DNA of 32,535 nt from a virus (IMGVR_UViG_2541047835_000006), one strand, 5' to 3'. Shown: positions 19,313 through 27,894, counted from the stretch's first letter. Program-made: numbers and translations. Notes: generated by a model from the sequence alone, not told the origin.

Positions 19313-19637
19313 GGTGACCTCCTGTATGACGATACTGCTGTACCACTTCCAGTTTGTTGTAGAGTGCGTCCAGCTTGGCCTCGATGACCGTCTGCCCACG
19401 GATGTAATCCTCGCGGCGGACGTAGTTCAGCGGTAAATCCGCCTTAAACCGCATAAATTCTTTTTCCAGCTCGCCCCAGTTGGAAGCGGACTGTTGCAGC
19501 GACTGCTCAAGAGAGGCGAACCGCGCCGCCTGACGCTCCTCCGCTTTACTGAACAGCCACTTGGCCATACCGCCGACAAAGCTCATGAAGGTGATGAGAA
19601 AGCCCACCACCGTCCAGAATTCAACCTGCAACGTCAT
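19305..19637 (-). CDS. Small membrane protein (one N-terminal TM helix)
   Basis: Start ATG 19637 overlaps Rz-like stop (ATGA); TM segment FWTVVGFLITFMSFVGG. Confidence 0.5.
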   Translation of the reverse strand: MTLQVEFWTVVGFLITFMSFVGGMAKWLFSKAEERQAARFASLEQSLQQSASNWGELEKEFMRFKADLPLNYVRREDYIRGQTVIEAKLDALYNKLEVVQQYRHTGGHHG

Positions 19638-20287
19638 TTCTGTAATCCTTCCCGTTCGTCCAGCAGCCCGTTTATCTGGCTGCGCCAGATGCGGCACTGC
19701 TTCGCGTTGTCGATGATGTTGGCGAGAACATCACGCTGGGAGACGCCTGAGTTGCGTAGCCAGGCGTCAGCGGCTTCAGGTTGCCCGGACGCTGCGCCAG
19801 TGCCGGTGCCAGCGGCGGCAGTTGCGTCTGAATGACCGGTGTCGACGGATGCGTTGTCATATCCGAGCGCGGCGTTGTACTGGCGCACGAAACCGCGAGT
19901 AAACACGCACTCAATGGGATGGCTCTTACCTTTTTCATCAATCCAGCGCTGTGTGACATCGTTAATTTGCCCCTGTAGTTGTTTGTTCTGGCTCTCCAGT
20001 TGAGCAATCTGCTCAAGGTAACTGGCTTCAGCCTGCTGCCCGGCGGCTACCTGTTCCTGATACCGTTTCGCCCAAGCCCGCAACGCAGCGTTCTCAAGCG
20101 TTGCCTGCTCCGTTTTGTACGTGTCGAATGCTGACTGCAACTCACTGACCGCCTTATCGCCGTCGCGCGTGGCGTTTTCATGCCCGCTTTTGTAGCCCAG
20201 GTAATAAAGCCCAATCAGAAAAGCATTTATGACCACCGCCAGCAGCAGACTGCGCCACGGCAGATTTTTTAGCAGGTTAGTCCACAC
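19634..20287 (-). CDS. Rz-like i-spanin (N-terminal TM + coiled coil)
   Basis: GTG 20287 overlapping endolysin stop; TM SLLLAVVINAFLIGLYYLGY then coiled-coil-like segment; contains embedded lipoprotein ORF. Confidence 0.45.
   Translation of the reverse strand: MWTNLLKNLPWRSLLLAVVINAFLIGLYYLGYKSGHENATRDGDKAVSELQSAFDTYKTEQATLENAALRAWAKRYQEQVAAGQQAEASYLEQIAQLESQNKQLQGQINDVTQRWIDEKGKSHPIECVFTRGFVRQYNAALGYDNASVDTGHSDATAAAGTGTGAASGQPEAADAWLRNSGVSQRDVLANIIDNAKQCRIWRSQINGLLDEREGLQK
19672..19938 (-). CDS. Rz1-like o-spanin lipoprotein embedded in +1 frame of Rz-like gene
   Basis: MKKVRAIPLSACLLAVSC lipobox followed by Pro-rich mature region. Confidence 0.45.
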   Translation of the reverse strand: MKKVRAIPLSACLLAVSCASTTPRSDMTTHPSTPVIQTQLPPLAPALAQRPGNLKPLTPGYATQASPSVMFSPTSSTTRSSAASGAAR

Positions 20288-21014
20288 AGCTGCCGCCTCC
20301 CCAGGTGAGATAACGCGGGGCCAGTTCGTGCAGGATGCGCTGCGGATAATGACGGTTCTCCCGCCAGTTGGCAGTGCTGCGTCCGGCATTCACCGTGGCG
20401 ACATGACCAAACCAGCGGGTGCTGTCCAGCCCCTGCTGCGAGGCCAGCCGTTTGTCCCGCTGTACCCAGCCCAGACCACCGTTATAGCCTGACAGCGTCA
20501 TGGCCATACGCTCGCAGTCATTGACGGCGCTGACGCGTTGCCACAGCCAGCGGTCATAGCTGACCAGCGCCCGGATGGCCCAAGACGGATTAAACGGTTC
20601 ACGGCTGTTAAGCCCCGGCATCAGCTGACTTATCCAGTCAGCGGTGGTGGGCATAAACTGCGCCAGTCCCTGAGCGCCAACCGGCGAGACCGCATCAGGT
20701 CGCCAGCCGCTTTCCTGATGCAGCTGCGCGGCGAAGTCGGCCACCGGCGCAGACATTCCCCATTCAAGCCGGGCATTACGGATCACATCGTCGCGATACT
20801 GCAGCGCGGTCTGCGGTGGCTGGGCAGCGCGGGCCTGACTGAAGAAGCCGCCACACCAGAGCAGCCAGGCTACCGTTACTGAACCAAAGAGCTGCCACCA
20901 GAAACTGTGCTTACCCGTTCGGGCCTGCCCGTGGCGGGCCAGTTCGATGCCCAGCCCCAGCAGTACCAGCACGGCCCAGACAACCTGAGGCCAGTACATA
21001 TAGAGGGTCATCAT
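20277..21014 (-). CDS. Endolysin, lytic transglycosylase (SLT domain) with N-terminal TM/signal-anchor
   Basis: 245 aa; SLT signature ...LHQESGWRPDAVSPVGAQGLAQFMPTTA...; hydrophobic N-terminus (VVWAVLVLLGLGI). Confidence 0.8.
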   Translation of the reverse strand: MMTLYMYWPQVVWAVLVLLGLGIELARHGQARTGKHSFWWQLFGSVTVAWLLWCGGFFSQARAAQPPQTALQYRDDVIRNARLEWGMSAPVADFAAQLHQESGWRPDAVSPVGAQGLAQFMPTTADWISQLMPGLNSREPFNPSWAIRALVSYDRWLWQRVSAVNDCERMAMTLSGYNGGLGWVQRDKRLASQQGLDSTRWFGHVATVNAGRSTANWRENRHYPQRILHELAPRYLTWGGGSCVD

Positions 21015-21364
21015 TAAAGCCCCATCGCTACGGCCAGACAGACTGCAGCAACAATCAGCGCACGGCGGATTAGCGCAGCAGAAAAGACCAGGTGAAGGCC
21101 AGTCTGGACAGGGAAGCGACCATCAGCCATCAGCCTGTCATCATGCTTCAGGTACTGACCGGGACGGGCTTTGGGGAAAAGCGAACGGTCAAGCCAGTAG
21201 CCCAATACTGCCGCCAGCGTGATGAGTGATAGCTTGTAGACAACCACCGGCAGCTGCTGGGGCGATACCAGACCGATGGTGCCGAGCAGCAGCACAGCGG
21301 TCAGCAGCCAGCCGCTGAGACGTGGCTTTTTAACAGGGGGAATGAATTTTTTCAGGTTTTTCAT
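21014..21364 (-). CDS. Putative holin / membrane protein, first gene of late operon
   Basis: ATG 21364 with AAGGAGA SD; 2-3 predicted TM segments; immediately upstream of endolysin. Confidence 0.5.
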   Translation of the reverse strand: MKNLKKFIPPVKKPRLSGWLLTAVLLLGTIGLVSPQQLPVVVYKLSLITLAAVLGYWLDRSLFPKARPGQYLKHDDRLMADGRFPVQTGLHLVFSAALIRRALIVAAVCLAVAMGL

Positions 21365-21611
21365 GAGCGTCTCCTTGTGTAGTGGAGACAGCATCACAAA
21401 TGGTCGGGGAAAGGGATTTTAAACAGCGTTAATAGTGAGGATGCAGACGTGAACCGCATGATGGCTTTGAAAGAACGACCAGCCCGGTGCGGTAACACCA
21501 GGCTGGTCATCAACCCACAGGTATGCACTGTGAGCCGACCAGGGTTCAGTCAGTCTCGCGAGACCAGACTAGCCTGCCATATTTTCATTGATTGCAAAAG
21601 GCTTACGGATA
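21365..21611. promoter_or_regulatory. Divergent control region for late operon (minus) and methyltransferase (plus) with two palindromes
   Basis: Imperfect 32-bp dyad GACCAGCC-N16-GGCTGGTC at 21477..21508 and perfect 12-bp palindrome GTCTCGCGAGAC at 21553..21564; minus-strand -10-like TAAAAT at 21416..21421 lacking a good -35. Confidence 0.4.
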
Positions 21612-22382
21612 ATGAAAGAACAATCTTTACCCATCGTCCCATGGATTGGCGGTAAACGTCGTCTGGCGAAGCATATTTTACCATTGTTTCCGGCCCATAC
21701 CTGCTATGTGGAGCCATTCTGCGGGGCAGCTGCGCTCTATTTCCTAAAGACGCCCAGCAAGACCGAAGTCATTAACGATATCAACGGGGAACTGGTGAAC
21801 CTCTATCGGGTGGTCAAGCATCATCTGGAAGAATTTATTCGCCAGTTCAAATGGGCGCTGGTCAGCCGTCAGATTTACAAATGGTTGCAGGATACGCCGG
21901 AAGAAACGCTCACCGACATTCAGCGGGCGGCCCGGTTCTACTACCTGCAGAAACAGGCATTTGGCGGCAAGGTCGCCGATCACACATTCGGTACCTCTAC
22001 AACCAGTGCGCCGCGCTTCAATTTGCTGCGTATTGAGGAAGAACTGTCGATGGCACACCTGCGCCTGTCGAGAACGCTGATAGAGCATCTGGACTGGCAC
22101 CAGTGCATAGAGCGATATGATCGCCCGCATACGCTGTTCTACTGTGACCCACCGTACTGGGGAACGGAAGGCTATGGTGTGGAGTTCGGGCTGGAAAACT
22201 ATGATCACATGGCAGATTTAGCGCGAAGGATCAAAGGGAAGATGATTATATCAGTGAACGATATCCCGGAAATGCGGCAGGTATTCAACGGTCTGAACAT
22301 GCAGTCGGTTGATATCAGCTACAACCTTAAGGTAACAGGCAAACCCAGCCCGAAGAAAGAGCTGGTAATTTGTAATTTTTGA
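21612..22382 (+). CDS. DNA N6-adenine methyltransferase, Dam family (orphan; no restriction partner seen)
   Basis: Motifs PWIGGK (cf. Dam KWAGGK), EPFCGAAALYF, and catalytic YCDPPYWGT (DPPY); ATG 21612 preferred over upstream TTG 21588. Confidence 0.85.
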   Translation: MKEQSLPIVPWIGGKRRLAKHILPLFPAHTCYVEPFCGAAALYFLKTPSKTEVINDINGELVNLYRVVKHHLEEFIRQFKWALVSRQIYKWLQDTPEETLTDIQRAARFYYLQKQAFGGKVADHTFGTSTTSAPRFNLLRIEEELSMAHLRLSRTLIEHLDWHQCIERYDRPHTLFYCDPPYWGTEGYGVEFGLENYDHMADLARRIKGKMIISVNDIPEMRQVFNGLNMQSVDISYNLKVTGKPSPKKELVICNF

Positions 22383-22395
22383 AAGAGGTAGTTAA

Positions 22396-22423
22396 AGGTG
22401 GTGGTGCATCTGCAGCACCACCT
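22396..22423. terminator. Hairpin between convergent methyltransferase and lipoprotein genes (candidate bidirectional terminator)
   Basis: AGGTGGTG...CACCACCT 8-bp stem plus inner 3-bp stem, loop ATCT; flanking U-tracts imperfect. Confidence 0.4.
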
Positions 22424-22429
22424 AAACAT

Positions 22430-22957
22430 TTAATCCTGCCTTGGACAAGTCCAATAATCATTATCTGGCTCTGGTGAATAAGCTTTCAAACAACCTGCTC
22501 GCGGGGGCTTACCATCATCTGTCATAGGAACTTTTTCCTTATCAAGTTTCACGGTCAGGTCTCCACCAGGAACATCCGTTTTATCGAAAAAAACAGCCTG
22601 ACATGCTGATTTAGATATTTTCACTTCGTGGGCATTATTTGATATGAACAAATAACAATTATGACCAGAGGCTATGTAGTCACTTGGAATATTATTTTCG
22701 TCTTTAATATGAAACTGCACCGTTGTCACCGGGCGTTCTCTATCCTCGGATACTTCGACTTTTTCAAAACTGTCCGCGTACTTATCCAGGCCGGGGAGTT
22801 GTTGGCGAATAAACGGTAATTCGCGATTTACAACCGGATTATCTGTTTCAACGCTAAAAACCGCGTGCTCCTTAGCTGTGGTGGACGTATCAGCAGGATC
22901 GGTATTATCTCCACACCCAGATAAAACAAATATCAACGGTAAAAATAATTTGCGCAT
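22430..22957 (-). CDS. Lipoprotein of unknown function, low-GC, directly downstream of repressor
   Basis: MRKLFLPLIFVLSGC signal peptide with lipobox; AAGGA SD; visibly AT-richer than the prophage backbone; 41-bp gap after repressor stop. Confidence 0.6.
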   Translation of the reverse strand: MRKLFLPLIFVLSGCGDNTDPADTSTTAKEHAVFSVETDNPVVNRELPFIRQQLPGLDKYADSFEKVEVSEDRERPVTTVQFHIKDENNIPSDYIASGHNCYLFISNNAHEVKISKSACQAVFFDKTDVPGGDLTVKLDKEKVPMTDDGKPPRAGCLKAYSPEPDNDYWTCPRQD

Positions 22958-22998
22958 AGTCATGTCCTTATACCTCTAATGTTCTTAATAGGAACAGA

Positions 22999-23409
22999 TT
23001 AACCCGTATTTTTTAATCTTTCGAACGCTGCGGACAGCTCCTTAAGCTGTTTTTCCATATCAATCATTCGCTGTTTTTCCTCAGCGCCTCGCAGCAACTC
23101 TTTTCGCACCTCTGGCTCCAGTTGATTGAGCAGCTCCAATAACTTCAGATCAGACTGGTTGAAATGCTGCTCCTGATTAGCTGGCTGTGCTTTCTCTACC
23201 CCAACAGCTTCCCCTTTACCAGTAAGTAGCCAATCTATTGATATGTTCAAATGGGTGCTTAGCGCAACAAGAGCCTCTGCATTAGGTTCTCTCTCTCCAC
23301 GCAGATAGTTTTGAAGTGAGCGATATGGAATTTTTGACAAGTCTGACAATGCCTTAATTGTCAGACCCTTAGCATCCATCGCTTCGCGCAATCTCTCTTT
23401 TATACTCAT
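22999..23409 (-). CDS. Prophage repressor, XRE-family HTH with C-terminal coiled coil
   Basis: Start at ATG 23409 (MSIKERLREAMDAKGLTIKALSDLSKIPYRSLQNYLRGEREP...); divergent from early operon. Confidence 0.75.
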   Translation of the reverse strand: MSIKERLREAMDAKGLTIKALSDLSKIPYRSLQNYLRGEREPNAEALVALSTHLNISIDWLLTGKGEAVGVEKAQPANQEQHFNQSDLKLLELLNQLEPEVRKELLRGAEEKQRMIDMEKQLKELSAAFERLKNTG

Positions 23410-23425
23410 TTGAACATATCTCAAT

Positions 23426-23453
23426 TTGACATACCCGTTTGGGTGCGTACAAT
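23426..23453 (+). promoter_or_regulatory. Early promoter (sigma70-like) for ner-like/transposase operon
   Basis: TTGACA (23426..23431), 16-bp spacer, TACAAT (23448..23453); followed by repeated ACCCAA(T/C)AG motifs at ~23454 and ~23474 that may be operator sites. Confidence 0.55.
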
Positions 23454-23497
23454 AGACCCAATAGAGTACATCATAACCCAACAGGAACACGGTGCAT

Positions 23498-23722
23498 ATG
23501 AACAAACAACAAGTTCGGGCACGGCTGGTTGAAAGAGGCAGTAGCTTGCGCCAGTTCGCGCTTAACGCGGGCTATGAGCCACGAACAGTCACCCAGGCTG
23601 TCAGCCGCTGGGCAGGCAAAAGCGAACTTCCACGCGGTCGTTTGACTTATCGGATTTTGCGAGACCTTTCGGTCGCAATAGGCAAAGAAGTTACCCCCGG
23701 CATCCTCAAGGAGGCGTCATGA
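23498..23722 (+). CDS. Ner-like/Cro-like early DNA-binding regulator
   Basis: 74 aa; segment GSSLRQFALNAGYEPRTVTQAV resembles Ner/Nlp HTH; first gene of early operon, divergent from repressor. Confidence 0.6.
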   Translation: MNKQQVRARLVERGSSLRQFALNAGYEPRTVTQAVSRWAGKSELPRGRLTYRILRDLSVAIGKEVTPGILKEAS

Positions 23723-24024
23723 GTAAACCAAATACATCAAGCTCAGGTACCCGTATTTTGCGTGTCCTTAAGGCTTTACGCGGTCACGCTCTGAACGGTG
23801 TTTCTAACGGCGAGCTGGCGTCAGCTCTGGGCGAGTCCCCGGCGAATATCAATCGGGCGCTCAATACCCTTATCGAAGAAGGACTGGCCCTGAAACTGGA
23901 TAACGGGCGTTTTGCCCCAGGAGTCCAGCTCTTACAAATCGCCATGGCGCACAGTACCGAAATGGCGCGGGCGCAGGATCGTATCAATGAAATTAACCAG
24001 CGTGTTATGGCTGGTAGTCGCTAA
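23719..24024 (+). CDS. Winged-helix DNA-binding protein (IclR/MarR-like N-terminal HTH), function unknown
   Basis: 101 aa; ILRVLKAL...GVSNGELASALGESPANINRALNTLIEEGL; ATGA overlap with upstream gene; AAGGAGG SD. Confidence 0.5.
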   Translation: MSKPNTSSSGTRILRVLKALRGHALNGVSNGELASALGESPANINRALNTLIEEGLALKLDNGRFAPGVQLLQIAMAHSTEMARAQDRINEINQRVMAGSR

Positions 24025-24033
24025 GGAGTTGAA

Positions 24034-24942
24034 ATGGGACGCACAAAATCACAACCAGTTGAACTAGTGGAAGATGCACCGCTGACCGATGGTCTCAGTG
24101 TCAGTCTTAATGCTATGTCCGAACATCGCCTCGAAATCATGCAGCAGTTTGGTGATGGCTTGCCGTATGAACGTGATCGTATTGTCCATGAAACACGTTT
24201 TTATATGGCTCAGAGTGCTGAAGCCATGCTGGAGGCGGGTAAACGACTGGTAATTCTCAAAGAAAATGAACCACATGGTGACTTCATCGACATCGTTGAG
24301 TCTCAGTTGTCCCTATCCAAACGTACGGCGCAGGTGATGATGCAAGCATCCCTCAAATATTTGTCTCCCAAGCTTGAACCAAAAGCGCAAGCGCTTGCGC
24401 TTTTGGGTAAAACAAAGCTGTTTGAGTTGATGACGGAAGATGACGAAGACCTCGTCGAATTAGCCGATGGCGGCACGATTGCGGGTATGAGCCTCGATGA
24501 TATTGATCGCATGACAAGCCGCGAACTGAAAGCGGCCCTACGCGAAGCGCGTGAAACCAACGCAGCACAACAGCGCGTGCTTGCCGACAAAAACGAAAAA
24601 ATCGACTCGCTCTCCACAAAACTGGAGAAGAAATCCCGTATCCAGCCGCCCAAGCCTGACGAAGAGGTGAAGAAGCTGCGTGCGGAAGTTACAGCGTTAG
24701 CGGTTGAGGCGGAATCTGCCATCGCCGTTCGACTGTCCAGCGCCTTTGAGACCCTGTGCGCATACTGTGCTGAAAATATGATTGATACCCCCAGAGACTT
24801 TATGGCCGGTCTGGTCTGCCAGTTGGAAAGCACCGCGCGTAGCCTGCGCTCCACATTTGACCTGCCGGACGAGCCGACAGGCAACGCCGCCCCTTCATGG
24901 CTGACTGACCCGACGCCAGAGATTAACGGGCAGGAGGCATAA
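24034..24942 (+). CDS. Hypothetical protein with central coiled coil, upstream of transposase
   Basis: 302 aa; AAGGAG SD; no recognised catalytic motif. Confidence 0.5.
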   Translation: MGRTKSQPVELVEDAPLTDGLSVSLNAMSEHRLEIMQQFGDGLPYERDRIVHETRFYMAQSAEAMLEAGKRLVILKENEPHGDFIDIVESQLSLSKRTAQVMMQASLKYLSPKLEPKAQALALLGKTKLFELMTEDDEDLVELADGGTIAGMSLDDIDRMTSRELKAALREARETNAAQQRVLADKNEKIDSLSTKLEKKSRIQPPKPDEEVKKLRAEVTALAVEAESAIAVRLSSAFETLCAYCAENMIDTPRDFMAGLVCQLESTARSLRSTFDLPDEPTGNAAPSWLTDPTPEINGQEA

Positions 24943-24945
24943 CCC

Positions 24946-26715
24946 ATGAGTGCCGCCCTGACTGAACGACTGGTTTATGTTGCCCGCGCGGCACGTGACG
25001 CGGGGCATGGTAAGCGTGGTGCGATATATGATGCCGCCTGCGCCGAACTGGGCATTTCCCGCGCCACCCTGCTGCGCAAGCTGAAGGAGGTATCAGTGAC
25101 TGACAAACGCAAAAAACGCGCCGATGCCGGGCGCAGCGCCCTGACCCGCGACGAAGCCGCGCTGATATCTGCCACACTACGTGAGGCCACCCGCAAGAAC
25201 GGTAAGCGTCTCTATTCCATCGCGGATGCAGTGGAAACCCTGCGGGCTAACGGCTTTATCTCCGCAGGCAGAACAGATGAAACCACCGGTGAGTTTTTCC
25301 CGTTGTCCGAAGATGCCATCAGCCGAGCCCTGCGTAACTATGGCCTGCACCCGGAACAACTGGATGCCCCTGCACCACATACTGAAGTGGCCAGTCTGCA
25401 TCCCAATCATGTCTGGCAGATTGATGCCTCGCTCTGCACGCTTTACTACCTGAGCAATGGACATAAAGGGCTGCAGGTGATGGACAGCGCGAAGTTCTAC
25501 AAGAACAAGCCCGCTAACCTTGCCCGTATCGCCAGTGACCGCGTGTGGAGTTACGAGATTACCGACCATGCCAGCGGCTGGATTTACGTTGAGTATGTGA
25601 CGGGAGCGGAATCCGGTGAGAACCTGTGTTCTGTGCTTATCAACGCCATGCAGGAGCGTGGCGGCGCAGACGTGCTGCACGGTGTGCCGAAAATACTCTA
25701 TCTCGACCCCGGCTCGGCAAACACCGCGGGTATGACGAAAAACATGTGTCGCTCACTGGGCATCGACCTGATAGCGCACAAGCCGCATAACGCCCGCGCC
25801 ACCGGACAGGTGGAAAAGGCGCGAGACATTATCGAACGCAAGCTGGAGCCGGGTCTGAAGTTCCGGCCGGTTCACAGTCTGGAAGAACTCAACGCGCTGG
25901 CCGCGAAATGGCGCAGCCACTTTAACGCAACAGCTGTTCACAGCCGCCACGGTAAAACCCGCACGGATATCTGGCTGAAGATTACTGCTGAGCAGTTGAA
26001 AAAAGCGCCTTCCGTTGAGGTTTGCCGTGAACTGGCTGTGGCAGCACCAGAACTCCGCAAAGTCACGCCAAAACTTCGTGTCTCGTTCCGGGGCACTGAA
26101 TTTGACGTATCAACGGTACCGGGCGTACTGGTCGGTGAAAAACTGATGATTACCCGTAACCCGTGGCGCAGCGATGTGGCACAGGTGGTTCTGACCGGTG
26201 AGGACGGCCACGAGACGTTCTTCCTGGTCGAAGAGGTCAGAAAGAACGAGTTTGGCTTTGCTGAAGGCGCGGCAGTATTTGGCGAAAGTTACAAAGCCCT
26301 GCCGGAAACCCCGGCGCAGATGGCGGCAAAAGAAACCGAAGCGCTGGTCACCGGTACAGACAACGCCGCAGATGCAGCTGCCGCACGCAAGGCGAAGGCG
26401 CTGCCGTTCGGCGGGCGGCTTGACCCGTATAAACATATCGACGACACCACACTTCCGGCCTATATGCCGAAGCGTGGTCAGGCCTCTGACGTACGCGGGC
26501 CGCGCACTGAACAACGTCCCATGACTCATGTGGAGGCCGCGAAAGCCCTGCGCGATAAGTTCAGCGCCGACGGCCTTACCTGGACGCCGGAACATTACCG
26601 CCAGTTAACGGCACAGTACCCGGACGGCGTACCGGAAGCCGCACTGGATGAAGTCATGGCCACGCTGACCACACCGGCCAGCAGCAGTGTTATCAGCATT
26701 GTTAACGGCAACTGA
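24946..26715 (+). CDS. DDE transposase (Mu A-like role; rve/TnsB-like catalytic core)
   Basis: 589 aa; N-terminal HTH; candidate D160 (HVWQID), D254 (LYLDPG), E290 (GQVEKA); AGGAGG SD; followed by AAA+ ATPase gene. Confidence 0.85.
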   Translation: MSAALTERLVYVARAARDAGHGKRGAIYDAACAELGISRATLLRKLKEVSVTDKRKKRADAGRSALTRDEAALISATLREATRKNGKRLYSIADAVETLRANGFISAGRTDETTGEFFPLSEDAISRALRNYGLHPEQLDAPAPHTEVASLHPNHVWQIDASLCTLYYLSNGHKGLQVMDSAKFYKNKPANLARIASDRVWSYEITDHASGWIYVEYVTGAESGENLCSVLINAMQERGGADVLHGVPKILYLDPGSANTAGMTKNMCRSLGIDLIAHKPHNARATGQVEKARDIIERKLEPGLKFRPVHSLEELNALAAKWRSHFNATAVHSRHGKTRTDIWLKITAEQLKKAPSVEVCRELAVAAPELRKVTPKLRVSFRGTEFDVSTVPGVLVGEKLMITRNPWRSDVAQVVLTGEDGHETFFLVEEVRKNEFGFAEGAAVFGESYKALPETPAQMAAKETEALVTGTDNAADAAAARKAKALPFGGRLDPYKHIDDTTLPAYMPKRGQASDVRGPRTEQRPMTHVEAAKALRDKFSADGLTWTPEHYRQLTAQYPDGVPEAALDEVMATLTTPASSSVISIVNGN

Positions 26716-26725
26716 GGAGGGAAAC

Positions 26726-27892
26726 ATGCTGGTACTGAAGCAGCAACTGAAAGAGGCCCGTATTCCACAGGCGGTGGTGGCGAGAGCTGTCGATGTTTCT
26801 GAGGCCACGCTGGCCCAGATTGTGAATCATAACGCGTGGCCCCGCACCAGTCCCGGAGAAGTACGCCGGCGTCTTGCGTCCTGGCTGGAAAGTCAGGGGA
26901 TTGATACAACGAAGAGTTTTGATGCTGTACAGGGCGCGGCCACGCCCCGTACAGCGGGTACCACAGATAAAACGAGCCTCAGTGAGGAAGAGAATATGTT
27001 ACTCAAAAAACAGGTGTTATTTCCAGCAACCAAAAAAGCGTTTGGTCTTTTCCGTGACCCGTTCGCCGACGAAGCCATGCAGGGTTCTGATGATGTGTTC
27101 ACCACCCCGGACATCCGCTATGTGCGTGAGGCGCTGTACCAGACAGCCCGTCATGGTGGATTTATGGCCGTCATCGGTGAGTCCGGTGCGGGTAAATCCA
27201 CGCTGCGCCGCGACCTGACTGAACGTATCAACCGCGAGAATGCGCCGGTAATTGTTATCGAGCCATATGTCATCGCCATGGAAGACAACGATGTGAAAGG
27301 GAAAACCCTGAAGGCAGCAGCGATTGCCGAAGCCATTATCAGTACCATCGCACCACTGGAAAGCATCAGACGCAGTCAGGATGCCCGCTTTCGCCAGCTG
27401 CATCGCGTCCTGAAAGACAGCAGCCAGGCGGGGTTCAGCCACGTTCTGGTGATTGAGGAGGCCCACAGCCTGCCCATTCCGACACTGAAACACCTCAAAC
27501 GCTTTTTTGAGCTGGAGTCCGGTTTCAAAAAACTGCTGTCCATCGTGCTGATTGGCCAGCCGGAACTGGCGACAAAACTGTCTGAACGCAATATGGAAGT
27601 CCGTGAAGTCGTTCAGCGCTGTGAGGTGGTCGAACTTCTGCCTCTCGACAATAACCTTGAAGAGTTTCTGACGTTCAAACTGCAACGGGCCGGTAAACAA
27701 CTGACGGACATTATGGACGCCGGCGCAGTGGATGCCATACGTGCCCGCCTGAGCAATCCGGGAAGTCACCGTAAAAACAGGGTCAGCCTGCTGTATCCGC
27801 TGGCCGTCAGTAACCTGGTAATAGCCGCCATGAATCTGGCCGCTGAAATCGGGGTTCCACAGGTCAACGCTGACGTTGTCAAAGGGGTTTAA
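26726..27892 (+). CDS. Transposition ATPase (Mu B-like role; AAA+ with N-terminal HTH)
   Basis: Walker A GESGAGKST, Walker B-like VLVIEEAH; ATG 26726 with GGAGG SD, just after transposase stop. Confidence 0.8.
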   Translation: MLVLKQQLKEARIPQAVVARAVDVSEATLAQIVNHNAWPRTSPGEVRRRLASWLESQGIDTTKSFDAVQGAATPRTAGTTDKTSLSEEENMLLKKQVLFPATKKAFGLFRDPFADEAMQGSDDVFTTPDIRYVREALYQTARHGGFMAVIGESGAGKSTLRRDLTERINRENAPVIVIEPYVIAMEDNDVKGKTLKAAAIAEAIISTIAPLESIRRSQDARFRQLHRVLKDSSQAGFSHVLVIEEAHSLPIPTLKHLKRFFELESGFKKLLSIVLIGQPELATKLSERNMEVREVVQRCEVVELLPLDNNLEEFLTFKLQRAGKQLTDIMDAGAVDAIRARLSNPGSHRKNRVSLLYPLAVSNLVIAAMNLAAEIGVPQVNADVVKGV

Positions 27893-27894
27893 TA

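Noticed and set aside
21449-21655. 68-aa plus-strand ORF in the late control region
   Set aside because: Considered as a possible small C-like activator; no HTH, junk-like composition, overlaps the methyltransferase start
24303-24947. 214-aa minus-strand ORF opposite the 302-aa early gene
   Set aside because: Ser/Ala-rich low-complexity translation; plus-strand gene has strong SD and operon context
27017-27769. 250-aa minus-strand ORF opposite the transposition ATPase gene
   Set aside because: Antisense to the Walker-motif-containing plus-strand gene
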